NCBI RefSeq assembly: GCF_009914755.1
Contig: NC_060925.1
Source: the human T2T-CHM13v2.0 reference genome, Homo sapiens
Length of the DNA stretch: 64,000 bases
Strand: one strand, 5' to 3'
In this document: positions 1 to 13,447 of the stretch, piece after piece
Layout of the letters: each line of letters begins with the position of its first letter
How positions within the stretch are numbered: position 1 is the stretch's first letter
Made by a program: the position numbers and the translations under genes
Notes under the pieces: generated by a model
The model's database searches: none
What the model was told of the DNA's origin: nothing
What the model saw: only the letters and a program-made list of their open reading frames with translations

Positions 1-289
1 AAAGGAAAGACATAGTATTGACAGGCACTGTTGCTGTGGTGGTAAGTAAAGGTTAGTGAGCCTTAGAACATATAAACCTTTCTGGAAGGAGGTGTGATAC
101 TCCAGGGACAACAGTTGAGACATGACTGCAGGGCATTCTACATTCTCTAACCAGTTCTCATTAGTTACTTTAATGTTTATGCTATGGCACGTATGTAAAT
201 TCACCACAGTGAATTTTTAATTCAGAGAGTTTGTGGTAAAAAATAATGACATTCTGATTTTAGTGCGTTAAAAATCAAAAACTATTGCT

Positions 290-1260
290 TGACAATTCAA
301 TACCATAAAAAAGTAAAAATAAAAGTGAAAATATCCAACTGAGAAAAAGTATTTGCTACCTGTATCACAAAAGGTTAATATGCTTAATACAAACCCTTCT
401 AGTAATTGATAATAGCAAGGCAAAACTCAAATCATTCAGAGAAAGAGTCTTTCAACACACGAAAAGATACTCAATATTCCTCTTGTAAAAGAAATGCAAT
501 TTAAAACTAAATTGAGATATATTTCTCACATACCAAGTAGGCCAAAATCAAAACAATTGTCAGCAAAGCTGTGAAAATACGCTTCTACCTATTGTCATTG
601 TTAATTTAAGAAGGAAGGTGCTGTAAAACTATAAGGAAGAGTATTTGAATATCTATCAAAATTACAAACACACATGCCCTTTGACACAACAATCCCAATT
701 TGAGAAATATAATTAGAATAGACACATAAACCAAAAATATAAAGTGATTTTGTATATATATGCATATGCAATATCATTTACATAAATAACCTTGTGTGTA
801 TATATGACATATATATTTATTATTATTGTATATGTGTTTATATGAGGGGATTTTTGTATATATTGCATATATATTAAAAATATTAGTGTATATATGAACA
901 TATATTATGTACATAATATACACTTAACCATTTGTTTATGTGTATATATATATATACACATAATGTTATGTATACAAGATATATACATATACACACATGC
1001 ACACACACATATACAAACTTATTTATTGTGACTTTTTTTATACTAGCAAAACATTGGAAACAACCGACATATCCAGCAGTAGAGACTGGTTGATTTATGG
1101 TGGCATATCCATTTGATGGGCTACTACACAACTTTTAAAAATAATGTACGAATATGAAAAGAACTCCAGGATATGTTGCAAAGTTAAAAAAGCAAAGTAC
1201 GGAATAATGTGTCCCATACACTAACTTTTGAGTAAGTTGAGAAAAAATACATAAGGTGTT
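290..1260 (+). mobile_element. Ancient L1M fragment (ORF2 end/3'UTR) with TA-rich expansion
   Basis: Degenerate L1 motifs gaaatgcaatttaaaact..gagata, acatgccctttgacacaacaatccca. Confidence 0.65.
750..1015. repeat. (TA/CA)-rich low-complexity repeat
   Basis: Degenerate TA and CA runs. Confidence 0.8.
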
Positions 1261-2034
1261 TTGTTTAAATTGACAACACACACACACACATACATACACG
1301 TATCCACAAAGATAATCAATGAATAATAAAAATAAAAGATGGAAAAGAAGGGTCAGTAATGAGAATAAAATTTTCTACATATACTTTATTAACGAGTTAT
1401 AACTTCTAATTATGTATATACATTAATTTTAAAAAATTTCATATATAAAAAAGAAACATAAGTCTGACCATATATCAAATCAATAATAAAATAACAAATA
1501 AAAATACATTTCAACAGATGTTAGAGTAAAATATATTGAATGAATTTGTTAGTGGAATGGATTCTAAGTAAATTAAGTAACTATATAAATAAATAAGTAT
1601 ATTTCAAACTGAGTATTTTGTAAAGTAAAACAAATAAAAAGAATTATAAAACCAAATACATTAAATAAAACCCCTGCACTGTTACAATTGACTTTGAAAT
1701 ATGGAAAATATAACTTAGGATTTTATTAAACATAAATATTCTCATTGCTTTAGTAAAATTGCCTGGAACTTTTATCATGCCTCCCCTGCCTCTGCTAATA
1801 GCAAAGAATATCCCTGGCAAACAAAGTGTCTTCTCTAATTCTGCTCTAACTCTATTTTGGAGGCCAGGAAGGTATATGGCAAGCCTAGGACATATTTTTA
1901 TATTAGCAAACCAGAAAGCTGTTTTAGATTAAAGCAGTTATGTAAAAAATATATTTGAATAACGAGGAATGATTTCCCACGTTCAAGGTGTGAGAATTGA
2001 GAATTAAAAATAATAATAAATGTAGAATATGAAA

Positions 2035-4308
2035 TGTATTCATCTGTTCTCACACTGCTGATAAAGATATACTCAAGACTAGGTAATTTATACAGAAAAA
2101 GAGGTTTAATGGACTCACATGGTTCAACATGGCTGGGAAGGCCTAACAATCATGGTGGAGGGCAAAGGAGGAGCAAAGGCCCATCTTACATGGTGGCAGG
2201 CAAGAGAATGTGTGCTGGGGAACTCACCTTTATAAAACCATCAGATTTCATAAGACTTACTCACTATCACAAGAATAGCACTGGTAACTCTGCCCTCATG
2301 ATTCAATTACCTCCCGTCAGGTCCCTCCTATGACATGGGATTATGGGAGCTATAATTCAAGATGAGATTTGAATAAGGACACACACATATAAACCATATC
2401 ATTCCATCCCTGGCCACTCCTAAGCCTCAACTCCTCACATTTCCAAACCAATCATACCTTCCCAAAGGTCCTCCAAAGTCTTAACACATCCCAGTATTAA
2501 CTCAAAAGTCCAAGTCCAAAGTCTCATCTGAGACAAGGCATGCCCCTTCCACCTATGAGCCTGCAAAATCAACATTAGTTACCTTCTAAATACAATGAGG
2601 GTACAGGCTTTGAGTAAATACACCCATTCCAAATGGAAGAAATTGGCCAAAAAGAAGGGGTGACAAACCCCATGCAAGTCCAAAATCTGAAGGGCAATCA
2701 CTAAACCTTAAAGTTCCAAAATGATCTCCTTTGACTCCATGTCTCACATCCAGGTCATGCTGATGGAAGAGGTGGGCTCCCACAGCTTTGGGAAGCTCTG
2801 CTTCTGTGACTTTGCAGGGTACAGTTCCTCTTCTGGCTGCTTTCACGGCTGACATTGAGTGTCTGTGGTTTTTCCAGGCACATAGTGCAAGCTGTAGGTT
2901 GATCTACCATTCTGGGGTCTGGAGGACAATGGCCTTCTTCTCACAGCTCCACTAGGCAGTGCCACAGTGGGCTCTGACCCCACATTTCCCTTCTAAATTG
3001 CCCTTGCAGGGGTTCTCCTTGAAGACTCTGCCCCCGCAACAAACTTCTGTGTGGACATCCAGGTATTTCCATACATCCTTTGAAATATAGACAGAGGTTT
3101 CCAAGCCTCAATTCTTGACTTCTATGTACCCTTAGGCTCAACACCATGTGGAAGCTGCCAAGACTTGGAGCTTGCACCTCTGAGGCCACAGCCTGAGCTG
3201 TACCTTGGTCCTTCATAGCCATGGCTGGGACACAGGGCAGCAAGTCCCAAGACTACACAAAGCACCAGGGCTCTGGCCCTGGACCATGAAACCATTTTTC
3301 CCTCCTAGGCCTCCTGGCCTGTTACATGAGGGGCAGCCACAAAGGTCTGTGACATGCCCTAGAGGCCTTTTCCTTATTTTTGTCGTGACTAAAATTTTGT
3401 TCCTTGTTACTTATGCACATTTCTGTAGCTGGCTTGAATTCCCAAAAAATGAGGTTTTCTTATCTGTCACATTGTCAGGCTGCAAATTTTCCAAACTTTT
3501 ATGCTCTCTCACTTCTTGAACACTTTGCTGCTTGGAAATTTCTTCCCAAATCATTTCTCTCAAGGTCAAAGTTCCACAGATCTCTAGTGTAGGGTCAAAA
3601 TGCTACCAGTCTCTTTGCATAGCAAGAGTGACCTTTACTCTAGTTCCCAACAAGTTCCTCATCTCCATTTGAGACCACTTCAGCCTTTACATTATTGTCC
3701 ATATCACTATCAGCATTTTTGTCAAAGCCATTCAACAAGTCTCTAGGAAGTTTCAAATTTCTCCACATCTTCCTGTCTTCTGAACCCTCCAATTCTCTAG
3801 GAAGGTCCAAACTTTCCCTCATTTTACTGTTTTCTCTTGACCCTTCCAAACTGTTCCAAACTGCCTGTAATCCAATTCCAAAGTTGCTTCCACATTTTCA
3901 GATATCTTTACAGCAGCACCCCACTCTATTGGTACCAATTTACTGTATTAGTCTGTTCTTACTCTGCTAATAAAGACATACCTGAGATTGGGCAATTTGT
4001 AAAGAAAAAGAGGTTTAATGGACTCACAGTTCATTCCACATGGCTGGGGAAGCCTCGCAATCGTGGTGGAAGGCAAAGGAGAAGCAGACTTGTCTTACAT
4101 GGTGGCAGGCAAGAGAGTGTGTGCAGGGGAACTCCGCTTTATTAAACCATCAGATCTCATGAGACTTATTCACTATCACTAGAACACCATGGGAAAACAT
4201 GCTTTCATGATTTAATTACCTCTCACTGGGTCCCTCCCACAGCATGTGGGGATTATGGAGTTTACAGTTCACGATGAGATTTGGGTTAGGCACTGCCAAG
4301 CCATATCA
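2035..4308 (-). mobile_element. Complete THE1 (MaLR, THE1B/C-like): LTR 2035-2401, internal 2402-3943, LTR 3944-4308
   Basis: Both LTRs run tgtatt(a/c)..ctgttct to ccatatca; THE1-int between. Confidence 0.92.
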
Positions 4309-4470
4309 ATTAATATAGATCAAATCCACAAAAATTTATGAGTTCAAAATGAAAATAAAATGCAAAGAAACAAGAAAAAGGATAGTCTACCTGCCATACA
4401 GTGCTCTGAGTCATCTTGAACAGACCCAGTTCTCTCTCCCTTTCTTGCTTATAGTTCTCAGGAGTAAGTG

Positions 4471-4863
4471 TGTAATGTGCTGAGAATACAACTTGTGATA
4501 AGAGGAAGGTGGCTGGAACTGCCTGTGGTTTGTTCCTGTTCACTCCGAGAAAAGGATATCCTTCAACACTTCAGCCCAGCATTTAAAGGTACCCCCAGGG
4601 TATAATAATATCTAAGGGAAAGCTGTCTATCTCAGATCTCTCAGTTGTAGTGCAAGTGGGGCACATGGAGTTGAGATCCCATCACTATTGGTAGCTTTTC
4701 TGAGTTTTATGGGGACCAGCTCATAATAAATTCTAGGCTTCTGCTTTCCTTTACTGTCTATATGCAACAAACTCACTTTATGTAACTTGTTGTGTGTGGG
4801 AATGTTCTGTCTCACCAGACTCAAGACAAGTTGGAAAACAGTGCACAATGAACCTGCTTCACA
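4471..4863 (+). mobile_element. Old solo LTR, probably ERVL class (family uncertain)
   Basis: TG..CA ends, TATA-like site and AATAAA, U5-like end tgaacctgcttcaca. Confidence 0.5.
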
Positions 4864-5394
4864 CTCCCTTTTCAACACTTGCTGTCATACTAAATCAATT
4901 TCTTATTTTGAGCATGTGTATTTAAGCATTGATATGCCTTTTCCAAGGGAAACTAAATTTCTCAGTAACATAGTAGTTTCAACTGATGAGAAAAAGCACT
5001 GGGTTATAAAAGAGTGCCAGTTAATAAATGTAGAAGAAACTAAATAATTTTTAAACCTTATTTTACAAATCCAAATAAAATTACCAATTCAAGCAAATGC
5101 CTATAAGTTCATTAGGTGGATGGGTAAAAAGATTTGATGTTTGTATAGTATGAAAAAATATGAAGATTATTTTCTATTTGCAGTGAAAAATTGTAACTGT
5201 GAAATAAAAAGGTGAGATTGCCATCACTCTAAAATAGTGATCAGTCTTAGTATCCCTCATGAGATCAACCAAATACTTTATCATGTCTGATGCAATGTAC
5301 CTTGAAGTTCACACCATCTATTTGGTATTCTAGCCAAAAATGTTTAATATTCATTCGTCAGTCCTTTTAGATACACATTCCCAGTTGTCTGTCC

Positions 5395-5396
<2 letters not shown>

Positions 5397-5445
<49 letters not shown>

Positions 5446-5497
5446 GTCATCTATCTACCTATCTATCTATCTATATCTATCATCATCATCATCATCT
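5397..5497. repeat. (TATC)n compound microsatellite followed by (ATC)n
   Basis: About 12 perfect TATC units then interrupted units. Confidence 0.95.
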
Positions 5498-5700
5498 ATT
5501 TTAAAAGAAAAAGCCAAATGACACTATGAGGAAGCAATGCCATAAGGTGAAACACTGCAAAACAGTGTTTGGTCAATGAGTCAATAATAAAAAGTCTGGT
5601 CAATGAGTCAATATAAAAAAAAGAAGTTTGGGCTAAATAAAATAGAACTTAACATAACATAATGACAAGACAAAACACATGGTCTTTAAAAAATACTGAT

Positions 5701-5819
5701 TTTTCTTTGTTTTTTGAGACAGAGTCTCATGCTGTTGCCTAGGCTGAAATGCAGTTGTGTGATCGTGGCTCACTGAATCCTTGACTTCTTGGGCTCAAGC
5801 AATCCTCCTACTTTAGCCT
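5701..5819 (-). mobile_element. AluJ-type fragment
   Basis: gagacagagtctc..gggctcaagcaatcctcc; aaaaatact flanking repeat. Confidence 0.85.
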
Positions 5820-6149
5820 AAAAATACTATTTTTTGAAAAATCAGCTGTAAATAACATTTTCAAATAACAAAGATAATTCAAATATGATCTAGACACCAG
5901 ATGATAGAAAATTTACTGAACTAAATAGGTGGTGATTATTTACTAAAAAGAAAGTTATGATAAGATTTATGGAGTAAGATTTCATTTTGATAAATACATG
6001 TTTATATGTATATATGAAAGATGTAATGTGAGGCTATTATTATAGTAATGTCTGGGGGGTGGGGAGATTATATTCTTATTTCCTCAGTTTTGCATTTATG
6101 TATTTTCTTTTTTTAAAATATATAATTCTCCTGTATTGATTAAAGGTAA

Positions 6150-6370
6150 TGTGAAAGAATAGAGAAAAAGTAATAAAAAGATGGAGGTAGGGGAGAGAAA
6201 GAGAAAGGAAAAGAGAAGGAGAAAGGATATGAGAGAGGGAGAAAGAGATGGAGAGCAAGAGGCAGAAGGAGAATGAGAGAAAAAGAGAGAGAAGAGGAGG
6301 AGAGAATGAATAGAGAAATCTGGCAAGTGTGACAGGATAAAGAAAGACAGGATATGCAGAAGAAGAAGTG
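6150..6370. repeat. GA-rich purine tract
   Basis: Low-complexity G/A run. Confidence 0.8.
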
Positions 6371-7387
6371 TAATGTCATGAAAGTGCTTTTTAAATGGAG
6401 GGACTCATTTTATAAAGTAATGCTGGAATGTAACCAGAAGTGTAAAATGGTTCATCAGTCTTTCAGAGGGAAAGATATTCAAAGTATTTGTGAATGTCAG
6501 AAAACATTGTAATTCAACACAAGGAAAGAGTTAAGTCTTAAGAGAAATGTTGTCTCTTTTATCATATTAGTTAAGAAAGAGACCACAGATTCAAATACCA
6601 GCAGATGCGTTAATGTAGTAAGAAAATATGACTTTCTCTCTGATGACTTCCATTTTCTGTGTGAAGTAAGAAATGAAGTCATCCAATAAGAAGGGTTGGA
6701 AAGTTGAGTGGTGGGATGTTTTCAAGAACATAGAAAAGGTTAAAGCAACTACCATGAAGATGAGAAAGTATAGTAATAAAGAACTCATAAGAATTATCTT
6801 ACGGTGTAAAGCAATATTAAGGGAACAATTGAGGTTCATGGAGGTATTTTTGTACAACTGTCCAATTCTATGATGTTCTAAATTGGTATACAGAAACTTA
6901 AATTTGAGTATGTAGAAAGGAGTTTGTTGGCTTCATCCAAGGGTTTTACCAGTTAGATACATTGGAAAGAAAAGGGAAAATGGTATATGAGGATATTGGC
7001 AAGTTATATGTCACAGAATATAAAGCAAATAGAAAGCTCATGAAGCTTTTGGATAAGTGCCTTTGAATATGAAACAAAATGTAGAGGGGCAGAGATGAAC
7101 AATGAAATGAGGTGAAAAGAAAGTTTGGTAGAAGTAATTTAGTAGGTCCATGAAAGGCTAAGTAATTGTAGTGAAAATTGTGTCTTGGAATTTAACGTAC
7201 TGAGGATTTAATTTTTCCATTCTTTCAAAAAATATGGAGTTTGACTTTTTTTGACTTCTCTTTATTCTTACTTCCATTTTTCTCACACAAATTATTTCTT
7301 GCTTGGGTTTTTGCAGTTGGCTTCTAATTGTTTTTTCTTTTTCTGATTTGCCTCACAATACACAATCTATTTTCCAAAACATCACTA

Positions 7388-7593
<206 letters not shown>

Positions 7594-7630
7594 TGAAATA
7601 CAAATTTGGTCAAGTTCCATCTCATTAAAA

Positions 7631-9469
7631 TTATTATTATTTTTTATTATGCTTTAAGTTCTGGGATACATGGGCAGAACATGCAGGTTTATTACATAGG
7701 TATACATGTGCCATGGTGGTTTGCTGCAACTGTCAACTCGTCATCTACGTTAGGTATTTCTCCTAATGCTATCCCTCCCCTAACCCCTCATCCCCCAACA
7801 GGCCCCGGTGTGTGATGTTGCCCTCCCTGTGTCCATGTGTTCTCATTGTTCACCTCCCACTTATGAGTGAGAACATGTGGTGTTTGGTTTTCTGTTCCTG
7901 TGTTAGTTTGCTGAGAATAATGGTTTCCAGCTTCATCTGTGTCCCAGCAAAGGACATAAACTCATTCTTTTTTATGGCTGCATAATATTCCATGGTGTAT
8001 ATGTGCCACATTTTCTTTATCCAGTCTGTCATTGATGGGCACTTGAGTTGGTTCCAAATCTTTGTTATTGTGGATAGTGCTGCAATAAACATACATGTGC
8101 ATGTGTCTTTATAGTAGAATGAATTTTAATCCTTTGGGTATATATCCAGTAATGGGGTTGCTGGGTCAATTGGTATTTCTGGTTCTAGATCCTTGAGGAA
8201 TCGCCACACTGTCTTCCACAATGGTTGAACTAATTTACACTCCCATCAAAAAGTGTTTCTATTTCTCCATATCATCTCCAGCATCTGTTGTTTCCTGACT
8301 TTTTAATGATTGCCATTCTAATTTACACTCCCATCAAAAGGTGTTTCTATTTCTCCATATCCTCTCCAGCATCTGTTGTTTCCTGACTTTTTAATGATTG
8401 CCATTCTAACTGGCATGAGATAGTATCTCATTTTGTTTTTGGTTTGCATTTCTCTAATGACCAGTGATGATGAGCTTTTTTTCATGTTTGTTGGCCACAT
8501 AAATTTCTTCTTTTGAGAAGTGTCTGTTCATATCCTTCGCCCACTTTTGGATGGGTTTGTTTGTTTGTTTTTATTGTAAATTTGTTTAAGTTCCTTATAG
8601 ATTCTGGATATTAGCCCTTGTGAGATGCACAGATTGCAAAAATTTTCTCCCATTCTGTAGGTTGCCTGATAACTCCGATGATAGTTTCTTTTGCTGTGCA
8701 GAAGCTCTTTAGTTTAATTAGATCTCATTTGTCAGTTTTGACTTTTGTTATCATTGCTTTTGGTGTTTTAGTCATGACGTCTTTGCCCATGCCTGTCTCC
8801 TGAATGGTATTGCTTAGGTTTTCTTCTAGGTTTTTTTATGGTTTTAGGTCTTATGTTTAAGTCTTTAATCCATCCTGAGTTAATTTTTGTATAAGATGTA
8901 AGGAAGGGGTCCAGTTTCAGTTTTCTGCATATGGCTAGCCAGTTTTCCCAACACCAATTGTTAAGTAGGGAATCCTTTCCCCATTTCTTGTTTTTGTCAG
9001 GTTTGTCAAAGATCAGATGGTTGTATATGTGTGATGTTGTTTCTGAGGCCTCCGTTGTGTTCCTGTGGTCTATATAACTGTTTTGGTATCAGATCCATGC
9101 TGTTTTGGTTACTGTAGCCTTGTAGTATAGTTTGAAGTCAGGTAGCATGATGCTTTCAGCTTTATTCTTTTTTGCTTAGGATTGTCTTGGCCATACGGGC
9201 TCTTTTTTTGTTGTTTCATATGAAATTTAGAGTAGTTTTTTATAATTCTGTGAAGAAAGTCAGTGGTAGCTTGATGGGAATAGCATTGAATCTATAAATT
9301 ACTTTGGGCAGTATGGCTATTTTCATGATATTGATTCTTCCTATCCATAAGCATGGAATATTTTTCCATTTGTTTGTGTCTTCTCTCATTTCTTTGAGTA
9401 GTGGTTTGTAGTTCTTATTGAAGAGTTCCTTCACATCCCTTGTAAGTTTTATTCCTAGTTATTTCATTG
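7631..9469 (-). mobile_element. 5'-truncated L1PA (L1PA7-like) with internal 88-bp duplication
   Basis: ORF2 C-terminal fragments in ORF track, 3'UTR, TSD aagttccatctc (7612-7623 / 9470-9481). Confidence 0.93.
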
Positions 9470-11964
9470 AAGTTCCATCTCTTATTAAAATCTTTAAGAA
9501 ATTCTTGCAAATTTTAGTATAGAGTTCTAAGTCCTCAGTTTAGCTCTTAAGACTTTTCCTCTGCTGGCCAGTAGCTGTCTGAAGTCTCATGTTCTGCTAT
9601 CCATTACATCAACTTTTTTGTAGCCACACTAAACTATTGGGATAAATCAGATTTTTGTGACTGATGCATTTTCCGGCTCTGCAAGGAGAATGCTTTTGTC
9701 TGTAATTTTCTCTTTTCCTCATACAACTAGCTAATTTCTACTTTCCCTTCAGAACTAAGATTACAAATTACTCTCCTCAGAAGCCAGTTGTATGCCTCCC
9801 ATTCTCATATACATGTTTTATCCCAAGATCAGTCAGTTTTTCCTTTGTTCTCATCACTAAAGAGTCTGGAAAAGCTAAATATCCACTTTTCCAGCTTGCC
9901 TATAGCTAAGGGTTCTTTGTGACACTCATGAGTAAAGTAAAGGAATGAATTCGTGGGGTGGCAAGGGAAGTTTTGTTTTTCTATGTATTTTCATTCTTTC
10001 TTTATTTGTCCTCCTTGGAAGAGGATGAGTTGCTCAGAGTGTCAGTACTCTTGCTACAATAAAGGAAAGTCCAAAAAATGCTAGGTGTTCTTTCCAATCC
10101 AAACATTATTGAGTCACTAAACCTACATTAACATTGACCCATAGTCTGAATTTTTTTTATGTGAGAAAAAAGATTGCTGTTATCACAGTAGTCTTGGTTT
10201 GCTATTCCTTACATCTAAAACATTCATTGTTCTTTTGCATTCGATGAAATACTTTAATAATTTATAAAATTTTTTTTTGATCCTAGAGAGCAACGTCTTA
10301 AGAGATAATATCTTTGGGACTTGCACTGAGTAAACACAATCTTGCTTTTGAATGAATAAATAAGCAAATGCTGAGCTTTTATACTTAGTCTATACTATTT
10401 ATAGTACTAATTTGGGAAAATTTAATTACATTATTTTATTCTTGGGAATCCTGAAAATATGTTTTCCATTTGGTGACAACAATAAGGTAATTTCGAATAA
10501 AATGTAACTTGATTCTACTTCCAAAACGGAATTTACTCATTTATTTAGTTACATTCTTTGGCCAATCCACTGACTGAGCAAATAATTTTCTGATCTTGAC
10601 CATTTACTTGTTTATTGATTTGAATAAATTATTTACTTTTCAGAAAAGAGTAAAATCTTAGGAGGAATTTAAATTATGACACGTAGATGTGGAGTTTATA
10701 CTGATGCTGCGTATGATCTGAAAAATTTAGCATACTATAGCTAAACTATGAATAAAACTATTTTTAAAACTACTTTAAACTATAAAAATGTATCCAATAT
10801 GTAACACCATTAAAAGCAAGTAGATTGTATTTGTTGTAGGTGATCCAAAACACAATAATGGTGTGAAAAATAAATATTAAAACAGCAACAGATCCAGCAC
10901 TTACTAAATTTGGAAATGAGTACAATTGATCAACCACATGCAAACGTACTAGAACATTATGCACGAGCATGCATGTGAATCGAGTAGCACAAACACGTTT
11001 TAGTGCGTTTCAGTTATTCCATGCATGTCTCTTTTCACCCTATATCTCTCAATATTAATAAGAATTTATTTTTTCTGTAGTATGATCTAAAGTATTAAAT
11101 TTGGCTGCATTATTGCCTTAATAGGTGTTTTGTGGAGAAATATAATAAAAAAAATACTAGGAACGTACTATAAGTGTTTTTCACACGACAATTTATTTGT
11201 CTCAAAACCTTAGCATGACTGCTGAAAATGATGTAGGGTCTCCAAATTGTTTTTGTCAATCAACTTTTTGGGCAAAGAATGTTGTGAATGAAGAACTCTG
11301 CCAAGTCTTCATCTGAAATTACAAAATAAATAAAAATTTTGTTTTAAAACAATGCCCAGAAAATCACAACAAAAATAACATAAGTATTTTTAAACTCTAT
11401 GGGATCTCTATAGAGAAATTTGTCATTTAATTCTTCAGATAATCTCTTCATATTTGTTTATTTTTGAGTAACAAATGATGAGATTTTTGTTAACGCAAAG
11501 TCAATTTATTTTTTCAATCAGCATAGTTTTCTGACATCATGAAGCAGACTTTTTAAGTTATTTGACAATGACAGAACCATTGAAACCTTAATTTAAAAAT
11601 ATTTTTAAATTCATGGAGTCCAATCCTCATTTGAAAGGAAGAGGGGAAAACACATTTAGTTGTATTTACATGACTTTGAGATTCTTCTCATGTCACTTAA
11701 AACTTTTGGGGTTTATTTGATACTTTGGCAAAACGAGTTCCTAAACAAATTCCTGCTGTAAGCTGAGTATGTGAATAAGAACATGGATTAAAAAGTGACT
11801 CTAAATCTTTACCAAAATGCCTTCTTATTCTACCATACTTCCAAATATTAGAATATCCTCAAGTAAAATTTGTTTACTACTCCAAATAATTCCTGAAAAT
11901 GTAAATTTCACAAGAGGAAAAACTGAACTTGAGTCATTCAATCTGTTGAAAGCATCATATTTTA

Positions 11965-12276
11965 TTCTTCTTTTTCTTGCTTTTGTTTTGGGGGGGTGTG
12001 GAGTCTCACTCTGTCGCCCAGGCTCGAGTGCAGTGGCATGATGTCGGCTCACTGCAACCTCTACTTTACAGGTTCAAGCGATTCTCCCACCTCAGCTCCC
12101 AAGTAGCTGGGATTACAGGTGCCCACCACTATGCCTGGCTAATTTTTGATTTTTTAGTAAGGATGGGGCTTCACCATGTTGACCAGGCTGGTCTCAAACT
12201 CCTGAACTCAGGTGATCCGCCCTCCTCTGCCTCTCAAAGTGCTGGGATTAGAGGCGTGAGCCACCACTCCCAGTCT
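11965..12276 (-). mobile_element. AluS
   Basis: Full dimer, TSD ttattctt. Confidence 0.92.
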
Positions 12277-12337
12277 TATTATTCTTAAAAACAAACTACC
12301 AAAAATCATCTTGAAGGCTATACCACAGTCTTATGTA

Positions 12338-12860
12338 TCATTCATTCATGAATTTATTGAAAATATGTTTGTAGAATATGACCACGTACAATGTGACTTA
12401 CCATATAAACAAATACCCAGAGTTTCTGTTCTTATGGAAATTATATTGTTTGGGAGGAGACATAATAAACAGATATGCAAATTAATCTATAACATAGCTT
12501 GTGACTGTGAGAATAAAAAGAATAATCAACTAGGGTAATAGAACAGAAAATGACTGTGTGTGGGAGGCACTGCTGTATTTGATAGGGTGTTTAGAGTAGG
12601 GCCAACTGCTTAGATGACATTAAAATAGACAAAGTGAAAGAGCCCAGCTATGCAGATACCTGGAGAATGAGTGTTTCAGACCTAGAGAAGAGCTTGATTA
12701 AAGGCCCTGAGGGAAGGGCACTTTTAGGATATTTAAGATCCTCAGGAGACCAGAGTGGTTGGAGTAGTATGAACTGGGGATCAGAGCTACAGCTTGGGAC
12801 TTACATGGACCAGTGCCTTTAAGAACATGATACAAACTTGAATTCTTTATTTCCATTTTG
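12338..12860 (-). mobile_element. L2 3' fragment
   Basis: cattcattcatgaatttattga terminus and L2-like body. Confidence 0.7.
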
Positions 12861-12950
12861 AGAAGCCAAGGTTATTTATTTTAAGAAAAACAAAACATTA
12901 GAAAATGTAAAACACAAATATTTAAAAAGTGTCTGCAAGTAGCAGATAAA

Positions 12951-13378
12951 ATTACTAAATTTAAAAAGCAGACAATTTCAGAGATAATTATTTTCCTTTT
13001 CTTTTTATAAACTCACAGCTTACTTGAAGACTAGCTCCATGGTGAATTCTGACCTAAGCAATTTTAGTATAATAATGTTAGTTAATGAAGAAAATTACAT
13101 CCCTATACACAATTCGTTTATTGTTTATGCATCCATTAGTTTATATAAATTTACAAGGGAAAACATTACTAAATTTAAAAAGCAGACAATTTCAGAGATA
13201 ATTATTTTCCTTTTCTTTTTATAAACTCACAGCTTACTTGAAGACTAGCTCCATGGTGAATTCTGACCTAAGCAATTTTAGTATAATAATGTTAGTTAAT
13301 GAAGAAAATTACATCCCTATACACAATTCGTTTATTGTTTATGCATCCATTAGTTTATATAAATTTACAAGGGAAAAC
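12951..13378. repeat. Perfect 214-bp tandem duplication (12951-13164 / 13165-13378)
   Basis: Two copies with no mismatch seen; twin ORFs at 13024 and 13238. Confidence 0.97.
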
Positions 13379-13447
13379 ATATCTGCACAGTCCAATCCTA
13401 CCCAGGGAAACTCCTTAACTATGTTAGAAAATTGCTACTAGGATTAG
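13233..13447 (+). pseudogene. Fossil exon with likely start (MVNSDLSNFSIIMLVNEENYIPIHNSF.., frameshift, LFMHPLVYINLQGKTY..ETP*LC*KIATRIR)
   Basis: Strong acceptor ttttccttttctttttataaactcacag and 68 open codons in AT-rich DNA. In-register similarity to recalled RGSL1 LIILLEDEVFADFFNTFL and RGS22 DAPQFLEKQLKKIL. The 5' part is duplicated at 13019-13164. Confidence 0.6.

Noticed and set aside
1-41. Possible exon end RKDIVLTGTVAVV|gtaagt
   Set aside because: Truncated by the window edge and lies 13 kb upstream of the inferred start; cannot be supported.
2034-4145. Cluster of ~100-aa ORFs
   Set aside because: All inside the THE1 element.
6076-6379. Hydrophobic S/L/F-rich ORFs (also 53170-53461)
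   Set aside because: Translations of GA/CT low-complexity tracts.
12951-13378. CRISPR-like or VNTR array
   Set aside because: Only two contiguous copies with no spacers; eukaryotic context.
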